DNA of 64,000 nt from Haliotis rubra (Eukaryota), in assembly GCF_003918875.1 (NCBI RefSeq), contig NW_025764891.1:434001-498000 (forward strand), read 5' to 3'. Positions 49,801 to 61,800 of this stretch are shown in pieces. The translations under genes and the position numbers were made by a program. The notes under the pieces were generated by a model. The model was not told the origin of the DNA. It was given only the letters and a program-made list of their open reading frames with translations, and searched no databases. How positions within the stretch are numbered: the first letter of the stretch is position 1; each line of letters opens with the position of its first letter.

Positions 49801-52800
49801 TAGGACGAACCGGCTCGGCTGGGGGCTGGAGGTACCTCAGTAGGGGCGCTTCCCCCTACCTCTTCCGGGCATCCTGCTGACGACCCTGAAAGTCGGGGTC
49901 TGACCTGCCACGGCCACGTCCTCTGCCGAAGGCGCTACGGACAGAGTCTCTTCTTGGGACACTTCCCTCTACCCCTTGTAGACTACTTGCCACGAAAGGC
50001 CGAACTCAGAGCTTCGAAAGTAGACAGGGACAACTCCGTATTAGTAAGCTCCGAATGTTCCTTATAAACCTCCGGAATCCTGTCATCAAAGAGGAAGCGA
50101 GACGCGAAAGGGGCTCTCAACAGCTTTCTTTTGAACTCCTCCTGCCAAGAGCAAGGCTCAAGGAAACCCATCTGCCGAACAACAGTCGTCATGGCCAACG
50201 CCGTCCGAAGGTGTGCCAGTATATCATGTAACACCTTACTCTGCCATTGGAACAGGGTGGTAAGGTGCTCTGTCCTTGACGCATTATCCTCAGTTAAGTC
50301 CCAAGCCGCAGCCGAAGTTGCAGAGGCCAACGCCGAAACAGGCTTCAACATCCTCTTGAGCTCTGTGTCAATAGCCAAAATCTTAGAGTCCTGCACTCGG
50401 TAAGAAGACCGGGGAGAACCCGATAAATGTTTGAGGGATTCATCATGAGCCGTTGGCCAGAAGCAGAAGGCATCGGGCACTCAGATGACAGTTGAGAAAC
50501 AGCACTAAAGGTAACTGTAGGGGAACGTGGTCATCGCGGCGTGTGGCGAAAAGGAGGTGACCTTGAACAGGACCGACGGTAGCGCCTCCCACGAGTCGGC
50601 GACCTTGAACGCCTCTCCCTATCATTGGGACGTCTGGGAGAGCGAGACCTGGAATCAGACCGGCGACGGCGATGACTAGTATCAGAACTATGCCGGGGAC
50701 TTCGAGAACGATGGCGCTGTCGAGGAGACCTAGAGTGAGACCGCTTAGAACGATCGGAGCGCTCAGCTTCCTGGCATCGGGAACACTCTTCCAATAACTG
50801 ATGCTGAAGATTCTCCTCTCGAGACAACGTAGACACAGGAGCCTTATTGGGGATACGGTAGTCTAACATCGGTGTTGGCGTTGGCGTCGGCGTTGGGGGC
50901 TGGTTGGCGCACCAATCCAGCAACATCAGAACTAGGTGCCACGGCCGTCGGCGCTGGAACTGCACTAGGCAGCTCAGAAGTTGGCGTTGGGACAGCGCTC
51001 GGCGCTGGAACGGCGCTGGCTTGTGCATCAACTGCTGCAGGCAATAGGAGCGTCCTTAGAAGCTTCTGTACCTCCGGTTGAGATAAGGCGTCCGGCTGAG
51101 ATAAGTCCATAATGGTGTCAGACGGGCACTAGGCGTCAGCCTCCTCGGCGCAGGTGTTGACGTCTGTTCAGCTAAAGGAGAGGAGCGTCCATCTGGCGTC
51201 CGTGGAAGAGAAGATCTGGAGCCCAACGACGAAGCAGGTGAAGACATCTTCCTCTTACGCTGCGACAATCGTTTCTTCTTGGTGGCGGTGTAAGCCTTGA
51301 AATCGGTGACGGATAATGGTGTACAAAAATGACAGCGCTCAGCAAGAGAACAGGCTACAGTAGCGCAGTCTGGACACCAAGGGTGGGGATCCTTGGCAGA
51401 CTTCTGCACCTTGCAGATACAGCAAAATTGCCGTGTCATGCACACAAAGGCTGTAAAACGTGAAAAAAAGTGAAACGTAGAAACTACGTAAACACACAGA
51501 AAAAAAAAACCTGCAGAGAAAATGGAAACACCCCTGCAGCAAGAATGGGCATGCCCAAGCAGTCGGCAGCAGAGTAAACAACCAAGATGGCTGCTCCCAC
51601 AGAGCCGAAAAGAGAGTGAAAAACTAGCACAAATTAGGCAACAATATCAAGAAATACAAGACCAAGCATGAACATTATGGTGAAAAAGACATAGGAGAAT
51701 GCAAAACACCAAACATGCCCAGTGGAGCGACACTCGCAACGTGGGAACACACCCCACATCGAAGTGAGAAAAACGAGGCAGCCAGGTAAGTGAAGTTTGC
51801 TTTAATTATGTTCTTCACCCACAGAGAGAAGAATATAGGATATAAAAAGCATACATACCGAAAACAAACAAAAACTTTAATATCTCAAAGAATTAATAAG
51901 TAGCGAACTAGCGAAATCAAACTGACACACTGTACGCTTGAAGTAAAAGTGATTTTTGGATAGACCACGCTTGCGCGGAGGGGGACACTCGTCGTTACTT
52001 GAGGCAGCCTTTCTAGAGAATGGCAAATCAACGACTGTCTGATCTCTTTTCAGCGGAGCTTGAGGTAATATGCATATGACCTATGGTAAGGTAAATTAAA
52101 AATTATACATTACAGTGTGAGGGAGTGAGTTCTGATTTTATGCTGCTCTCAGCTAAATGGCGGCAGTCTGTAAATAATCGAGTCTGGACCAGACAATCCA
52201 GTGATTTACACATATCCCATTTGCGCATCGAACAACACAAATAGGATATGATGACATGTGTCAACCAAGTCAGCGAGCCTGATCACCCGATCCCGTTAGT
52301 CGCCTCTTATGACAAGCATGGGTTACTGAAGATCATTCCTAGCCCGGATCTTCACGGGTCTTATACATTACAAGTTACCTTGTTATTGCTATTGGTCAAA
52401 GAAGACACCTGCCATATTTATAGGCAGGCACCTAAATAGTGAAAAATGAAACAAATTTACATTGAAGAAATGCTAAATCTACTGACCCTGTTCCTACAAT
52501 GAATTTGTTGAAATGTGGCATGATAACAAAGTCTGTTATCCATTTTGGCTTCTGTCTGTTGTTCTGTTCCGAGTTCTTGAAAAAATACAAAAAATACATC
52601 ATGTTATGTATACGTCCAGAAGTTGTTTTTATAGTTGTTCTTCTTGAGTTGCTTAAAGTATAGTTCTTGAAAGAGAATACTTAACTATTTGTGAATTATG
52701 TTTAATCACTCACACTTTCCATTTTAAATCACTTCTGAAACCATCGCTGACCAAACTAAATATAAACATGTTTTCTAATTACTGTGATATAAGGCTGACT

Positions 52801-55800
52801 GTTTTCTGATGTCTTTTTTGTGTTTATATAATCACAACGTATATATTGTGTATGGAGTACAGATGACAAAAAGTACTTGAGATGCTACACCACTTTGTAG
52901 AGAGATATTGAAAATTTTACTATAAATTGTATATTTATATACTTATCCTATCTCACGGTATGCACCTCTCTTCTTCTTCTACAACCATGTTTGGAAACGT
53001 GCTGTAGGCTAAGTTGAATCAAAAGTTATCTGGCCTCTGACCCCCCGACCTCTGACCCCACTCTGATAGCAGTACCTGTCAGTCATCTCAATAAGCGTGC
53101 CGATCGCTCAGATGATCAAGTGACGGTCTGTGCCTGTCATTCTCGTCTTGGAGCTTCCAGTAATCTGTGATGTGGGGCAGGTCGGGTGGGTATCCATCGC
53201 GTGAGATAGGATAAGTAAATAAATATACAATTTATAGTAAAATTTTCTAATTTTTAAACTTATCCTATGTCACGGTATGACAAGCAAAAGGACGCAGTTT
53301 GGCAAGTAGGCCCCGCGATTTATCAGGTGACCCCAGTGAATTAAAGTCAAGGGCCTTAATCTGGCCAGTCCCTGCTTCGAAACTACCCCTCACAGACACA
53401 TGCTGGAAGGCGGTGAAGGAGGGAATAGCCCGGTTGCTCAACTAGTTTAACGTTCAGTACCAATCCTCCTAACTTACCAAAGGTGAGAAAGGACTTAGGA
53501 GCAGAACGCTTCGAAAACCACGCAGGTAATAGGAAATCAACACTTCACTGACGTAATTGCTCAAAGAGTAGAGGTCAGTAAGCGGAGTGTCGACCACCTC
53601 TGCATGTAGCCGGGACTGGCCTCTCAGTCTATCGAGTCATAACTATGACAGTGCAGACACGCCCTAGTACCCTAGGTGAGGTGGTCTATGCCCAAAATAA
53701 TCCATAAGAAAGAAGATAAGAAAGATAGGACGGATATCTTTCATGATATAGAGAATGCAAAACCTACACAGAGGTAGGAACTGCATCTTATCTGCGTTTG
53801 CGAGCCGACGACAACTGCTACGTCAGAACCAATGGACCCAGATGGTGAAGACCTTCCACGTCAGTGACAGACAGATCCCGGAGGCAGGGCGAGACAAAGA
53901 CCGAGCCCAACTCCAAAAACAACCCTCCATGATGCCGTGAAGAAAACAGTTCTATGTCGCGCCATTGTAGAGGTCAAGGCTCTTGTCTCATGAGGGTTGG
54001 CCATAGTAGGTAGAGGAAGGTCAACGCAGGCGTAGGCATGAAGGATGGTAGATCACATCCCGAAGGTCAGTGTGGTACAAGAGACTTCTGTAGATGAGGC
54101 AGATGACAGAGAAATAAACAGTCTCTTGTGTAACCTACGACGGTCCATGGAGGCAGTTAAAAGACCTGTAAAGTCCGGACAAGACACAGGGAGAGATTCT
54201 TGGTGTCGTCAGGGCCCAAAATAGAAGACGAAGAGATCCCACTTCAACCAGGGAGGGCTTTGACATGTCTGGTCCTCTCGAAAAGCAACCGGGTGACATC
54301 CAGTGCGTGAAGCTCGGAGATGCAGGCAGCAGTCACAAGAGCCAGGAGGAAGAAAGACTTAAACGTGACATGCTTGAAAGCCTTCTCTGCCAGAGGTTAA
54401 TACTCCTCTGACATGAGATGATTAAACACCACAGAAAGGTCCCAGGCTGGTGGCCAGAACTTCCGGGATTGATCAGCAACTTGTAAGATCTAAAGAGAGA
54501 CTGGAGCTCAGGGACAGTTGACACCTTCGCACCTGTAGCCGGCGCAATAACTGTTACGCATGGCCAGGTATGTAGACAAGGTGGAACCCGTCAATTCCTT
54601 GGAAGTGCAAGGATGCTGGAGGTACTCTGCGACCATCTGCGGCGATGCTGTAGTGGGAGATATAATACCCATCGTCTAGCAGTACGCTTCAAAATACTTC
54701 CATAGTCATCACAGAGTGGCCTGGAAGAAGTGACATGCGCCATGGTAATCACTGCAGCGACTCGCTTGGAATATCCCTTTGCAGTTAGCGGAAGATGTGC
54801 CATAATATCGGCGTGACGTGAAGTGGTACTGGAATGGGTCGGCCAAGTCTTGCAGGTAAGGAACAAACTAATGAGCCAAAACAGTGCGACCCAAAATCAG
54901 TGTCAACCGCTGTGTCGTGCGTAACTTGAGCAGTATGCGTGGAAGTAGTGCCACTGGTGGAAACGCATACACGGTCAGGTCATCCCAGGGGATGGGTAGA
55001 ACGTCGTGTTCCCAGGGGGATCGGGGACACCAATATCGGAAGTAGGTGATGGAAGCGGGTAGCAAACAGATCCAGTGTCAGGTTAGACATTGGAAGGCAC
55101 AAAGTCTGGAACACCTGCGGATGCAGTTTCCACCCCATCGGGGTATGGTCGAACCCGACGGGACAAAGAATCTGCAATGATGTACTTAAACCCTGGGATG
55201 TGATTGGCCTGGACCGTGATGTTGAAAGAGTCTACTAAGTGGAAAAAACTGTTGTGTCCACTAAAGAAGCTGAGGAGACCCCGTGGATCCCATTCGATTG
55301 ATGTGCCACACGATGGCAGCATAGTCTGATCGAAACAAAGCTTGGTTGATTGTAACAGGTAATGCCATTGAGTGATCACAAGAATCACTGCCCTGAGCTC
55401 CAAATGTTGATGTGACATGTGTGGTCTGCGGGAGACCACAACCCTGCCACTTGCTGATCGAGAAAGTGAGCTCTCCACCTGTGTAGAAAAGTGACTACCG
55501 TATATGACCGACTATAAGTCGGAAATTTGATACCAGAAAATGAAGGTAAAAAATCAGACCCGACTTATACTTGAGTTCATTAATCTACCTCAAAAAATCC
55601 CGAGGTCAGGTGTGTGAATCTGCCAGCCCTGCGAACTCAACTGGCAATGTTTACACTGGAAGCAGGACGCATATACGTACTGACAACGTTTCCAAAGGTA
55701 AATGACATGGTGGGACAAATAAAACATAAAATATAAAACTTTGTTGTTTGTCTTTTGTAAAATATATTTCATAGTATAAACAATAAATTAAATTTAATCA

Positions 55801-58800
55801 GATATTTTTATCACAGCTATGCACTTACCGGCACTTTGTTATCGCACGATAAAGTTTGGCCACGTGACACGACTTGTTTCACGTAAAGTGAACTTATTTG
55901 TATTCTGTGGCAGTTTTGTGTGGTGGTTTTGAAAAAATACTGTTAATGATGAAAATAAGTTTACACTTATATCCAGATAAACCACGAAAGAAGCAAAAAC
56001 TATAGCGATTTTTTTCCATTTGTGACATGTCATAAAATGCCCGTGACCTCTTCTTTTATATTTTCATTTTTACGTGATCAGAAAATTATTATAAAAAAGA
56101 TTTCTTAAATAATATGTATGGTCGCCTATTTCCCGATATCAGTGGCTTTTCGCTCGGTAACATGACACAACAACGGAAAATACCTCCGTTTTCGAAGCTT
56201 CGTATGAATAACATGCGAGGCGAATCGTTTGATGTCGGGCATCGTTCGAAAGCTCTGAACATCAACAATATCACTGTACCCTTGCCGACGAGAGTATTTT
56301 TCACACTTGTAAGAAGCAATTTTATTGGATAAAAATTGGTTTCTAATGACGCTTTTTCGCCACAGTCTGCTATAAGGGTCGTGATTGGTCAAAACCAGAC
56401 ACGTGACCTAAGGCAGCCAATCATATTACGGCAATGGATACCGTCCTCGTAAACGAAAACTTTAGATGTAGACGAAAGTTTTGGGTAAAATAATGCTATT
56501 CTGAACATATTAAGCAAGAAATCGCTACCTATACGTAAATTATGGGATTTATTTGACGTATCGTGCTAGGTTATGACCTGTGACAAAAATGATTCATGCA
56601 TATATTTTCGCATTAAACATCGTGTCCGAGCGTGAATCGTGATACCGATTCGTACGGGGAAAGGGGCCGACTTATACTTGAGTTACATGGTTTTGGCAAG
56701 AATTTAGAGGGTTGAGAAAGGGGCCCGACTTATAGTCGGATCCGACTTATAGTCGGTCATATGCGGTGGATCATAGACAGGTGGTGCAAGGTACGGGAAA
56801 AGTGTTGAAAGCCAGTGTATGAAAGAAGGCCCGTCCGATGGTCTAGATTTCCGACGGACGGTCTACATTTACAGCGAGCCAGCCCGATGGTCTGGTAAAA
56901 ACTTCAGATGTTCCATACATCGGAGTAATTTCACCATATTTGGCCTGGTTAAATCCATGATGTCTGGCTGGACTTTTGGCTTATTTCATACACTGACAAA
57001 GCGACGCACTGGATACTATCGTCATGCCTGACGAACTGATCCCTGTGGTTGAAAGCGCCGAAATGACTGCACTCGGCGCATGAGAGTGAACGCTTCACCA
57101 AGCGCACCCACAATAACAGAGGGGTGTGGAGCACTCAACCAAAGCGGCGCATTGGAAACAACCACCTGAGGTAAACTAGGAGTCTGTGAAATCGTCACCA
57201 AGTTAGAAGGCCAAGACTGTGCTGCAGAAGTTGTCAACACTACCACTCTCGGAGGAGATAGAACTTGTCTGGAGACGAGACTAGACGTTTGATGATGAAA
57301 GAGACGACGGAGATACTCGCTCAAGTAGGAGTCTGACTCTGAGGACACCTCTAAAAAATCTACGTCCGGGGAAAGTGATTTAGATCAACGGACTGCTCTC
57401 TTCGAATGGCGTTCTGATATAGCACGCTTAAAAGTTGAAGGACCTTCAGCAGTTGTACGCCAATCTCTGTCCGATCTATGTCTAGATGCAACCCGTCGAT
57501 ATTCAGAAAAATCATCATCATTCAAGTGTGAACAAACAGAACACCGATGTGACCAACTACAACAGCCTATATCTACAATCCACACACAAAGCATGTGGAT
57601 CAGCAGCGGAAAAGTTGCTGTTGCACTGATCACAGTGTTTGCGTTTCTTAGAAGAACTTTGATTCCATTTATTTCCCATATTGACAATCAAATAATGTCT
57701 AACTGAGAGAACAACACACGTCCACTCGGTGTAGCAACAAGAAAGAGAATGACAGGCACAGACAGTCACGTGATCATCTGAGCGATCTGCACGCTTATTG
57801 AGATGATTGACAGGTACTGCTATCGGAGTGGGGTCAGAGGTCGGGGGGTCAGAGGCCAGATAACTTTTGATTCAACTTAGCCTACAGCACGTTTCCACAC
57901 ATGGTCGTAGAAGTAGAAGAGAGGTGCATACCAGTGAGATAGGATAAGTTTAAAAATTTAAGCTTTCAACGAACAGGTATGTATCTGGACCTACCCAGAG
58001 GCTGATATTCAGCCTAAAAATTGCACCTAATATCAGTAACAATTCCAATATGGGACATAAAAAAATTAAGTTTATGTAGTCATTACTAATGTTATGACTT
58101 TGTTGAGGTGATTTGTATTTCAGTAACCAATCAAAAGGAGTACCTGCATGCAATGTAAAATTGCCATTAGAAAATAAAAGGTTTGTGAAATTCTAAATTG
58201 TGGAAAACAATCTTTTTCCCTCCCAAATTCCAAAGGCACTGAATTGTAATCCTAGATAAATCCTGTGAGACCATAGCATGTCTTCTTCCGGTATATGGCT
58301 TGCAAAACAGAATAGTGATTTGTTCAACAATAAAAGAAGTGATGATTTCAACAGACAATAGTCACTTTAATGTGGCTTAATAGGCAGGTGAATGATTCTA
58401 AAAGTTCTTGCTGAAAGATGCAAAACAAAATCTACATGTACTTACAACTACACTTCTCGTTCTCCGGATATCTGCATTTGTGTTCCAGAAGGAGACAATA
58501 CCATCCTGAAAATGTAGAAAAAGACATTCCAATTTGCACTGTAACCATGATTACAATTCCATGAAAATACTCTTTATTGCATAACCTGATGCAGTTAAAA
58601 GAAGTGTGAATGGTCACGTCTTGAGATTCACATGTCTTGAGATCATAAAGGTTTCACAATTTACTTTATCTGATAACTTATGTATATGTATAAACCATTT
58701 TAATTTATATTTGAAATAAATTATGAATTATTAATTTATTAGGGAAAAATATACAGTTCATGGCCAGGTGGAGCAATGCAATCCTAGTTCTACAATTGTA

Positions 58801-61800
58801 GTAAGTCTGAGTCAAAGATTCAGAGTTTTAACAGACTCAACACCAAGATCACTTTGAGCAATGCATCCCTGATAATAAATAAAGAAATTAATCTCTTACC
58901 TGACTGCAAGCTACAAATGTTCCATCCGAGGTATCTGTTATCTTCAAGATGGGGTCACGATGGGGAATGTTTTCAATCTTGGCAGGGAGGTGAAATGACA
59001 CCTCTTTGGTGCGGTGGTAGGAGTCTTCCTTCTCGCGATACTCCAGTTGCATGTACGTACAGAACTCATCCCACGTGATCGAACCTTCTGATGACCAGTC
59101 GATCTTCATGAACAGTGCATCTATTTGTTGTTCCTGAACAGACAATATGCAACTGTAGATGTACTCTGCCCTTTGTTTGTTTGTTGTATATCATTGCACT
59201 CAACCATATTCAAATTATTTGATAGTGGCTTGAAAATAATAAAGGTTGGACCAGACAAACCTGTGATTGATACTGTGAGCAAAGACTATACTATCCAGTA
59301 ACTTGCCTCAAGCACACATAACTTGCAGAACCATCCATTATTAACAAGGTTATAATGAATTTGTCCCAGCCAAATAAAACTTACACCACAAACTCCAAGG
59401 CTAAGAGGTGTCCTCTACATTCCACGATTCAAATGTAACAAATTTATCATTAAGAATTGACAACTTACAAATTCTAATATAGGGGAAACATTTTCAGTGA
59501 CAATTAGTTGGATCCTGTGATGGTAACTCAGAATGTAAACAAATCCAATTAAGATGTGACAAGTATATATACGATGTAACATGAAAATGCACTATGTCAT
59601 CTGGACATGCCTGTTCAAAATACAATGCATTTTTTGTTTACCTGAAGCAGCCACATATATGTCAAAGAAGTTGACGATTGAGCAAAACGTTAACTCAAAT
59701 ACCATACTTAACAGGTGCAGTTCAAACTGCCATTGATTGTGGCTAGAAAGTTAATTAATTACCGGGTACATGCCTGGTGTATTGGTGACTGATTACCTAT
59801 TAATGCCAATGCATACTCAATACTAAAACCAATATGGCTTGATAAACTTCAACATGCACTGTAAACCATCCTTCTCCGACTGATATTACACATTTGGGAA
59901 ATCTAGTTGATTGAAGTATCTTTTTAAAATTCTAGATCACTAACATTCCCTATGTTGATTATAGAAGGGTTAAACATTGAAGGTGCACTCAATACCAATA
60001 ATCATTGTAGATCATCTTATGGAAATAATAATAATAATTGCATTTATATAGAGCATCATTCACTAATAAATGCTCTGTGCGTTTTATCATCTTATGGAAA
60101 TAGTTTTAATTTTCCACACTAGTTTTAATTGTAATTGTGATATTCTAGTTGTTTTACTGTCCTTCGTCGACAAGTTTTTATAATATACATCTATTCCATT
60201 TCAATGTCACATATGTTCTTGTCACGATATGGCTGAAATATTGCCGATGTGACGTTAAATAATAACTCACTCACTCACTCACTTATCATGGAAACAGGAA
60301 TTAAAATTGAGACTGTGTAGTGGGCCTTAATACATATAACTGTATTAAAACAATACATCAGGGAGGCAAAGATACCACACTTACAAAAAGTCTGTCACCA
60401 TACAGATACAGAACTCAATATTTGGAGTGATACTAACAATTTTAATAAATCAGCATATTCACACAAGCATCATGGCACTGAAAAAAGCAACAATGCTCAG
60501 TAAAATAATACATCAGTGATATATCCTATGCATAATTTCAGAGTGAAGCCTCTGAAAGCTGATCTACCGTGATGACTGACTGACTGCCTGAGTTTGGTTT
60601 ACACCGCTTTTAGCAATATTCCAGCAATATCACGGCGGGGGACACCAGAAATGGGCTTCACATATTGTGCCCATGTGGGGAATCGAACCCGGGTCTTCGG
60701 CGTGACGAGCCAACGCTTTAACCACTAGAGGCTACCCCACCGCTCTGATCTACCGTGATGATGTTGAAAAGATATGAATGAGTCAAACCAATGACTGAAG
60801 CATGAGCACTGAACAGCACCAAGGGGTACTGTACATACTGTCAGCCAAGAGCCTGACCTAAACAAGCATGCTTATTTGCTATAATTACAACAAAACCGGG
60901 AATGGTCTTCACTTTGGCGGTTACCTTTCTGCCACTTTTTTGTTCTGTATCTTTAGCTGCTGTTTGAAATCTATCCTTGAATAACACAAAGGGAGATATG
61001 AACAGGGTATACTCACCCTGTTTGCTGTGAGTGCCAGCTGACTCTTTAGTAGTTGCTTGAACTCGTCCAGTTCCAGACATCCTGTTCGGTTAACATCAGC
61101 AAGCTGAAACGCCCTCTTCAACTCTTCAAGCGTGTCGATGTTGATCTTTTCTTCTATCTGAAATGAAAAGCAATCACAATCACATTAACATCTATCAAAA
61201 TAGATGCCTTAAAAAATAAATCTATGGTGGATTATATTATCAGGTGAGAATTTCTTTTGTTCAAATCACAGTTTCCTCTGTACAGAGAATAGTCCATTCC
61301 ACAGTTATTAGTTTTCTGCAATTCTGACTGTTGCCAATCATAAGACACATCCTTAAAAATGTACTCCATTCTATAGCAAAGGGATCACAACCCGTCTAGA
61401 TACCATTGGACATTAATTCTTGGTAAGTAACCAATTGGTAATTGAGGGCTGTAGACTTCTTACATGTTGATCACTGGATTGTCTGGCCCAGACTCGATTA
61501 TTTACAGACCGCTATCATATAACTGCAATATTGCTGAGTGTGGCATTAATCAACAAACAAACAAATTGTGCATATATCAGATTTTTTTAACGAAAGACAC
61601 AGCAGTGTAATAGGGGCATATTATTGATAAACTACATGCATTATCAAAAAAGTTCTAAACTATGTTTGTTCCCTCATGCTCGATCTCTGAAAACAAGTTT
61701 CTCTCTGTCAAATTTCTAAGCATGCATTGCAATAAATATAGGAAATATGGTAATGAAATCTCTTTCTCATTTCTTGCCAGTGTACTTGTGCTTATTGTTG

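Noticed and set aside
50531-51031. RS-rich ORF resembling an SR splicing factor
   Set aside because: It lies between DIRS ITRs as a low-complexity gag linker and has no RRM.
52280-52360. SINE B 5' region as a canonical HDV-like or hammerhead ribozyme, or as a V-domain
   Set aside because: No HDV P1/P1.1, CTGAAGA lacks a following GAAA, and the sequence does not match the V-domain motif GGTTTCCTCCGGGT. Kept only as an unclassified structured candidate.
52379-52408. Possible 30-nt micro-exon (CAG|GTGTCT…AACAAG|GTAACT) on the minus strand
   Set aside because: Weak pyrimidine tract, an in-frame TGA in the required phase 2, and the flanking exons join correctly without it.
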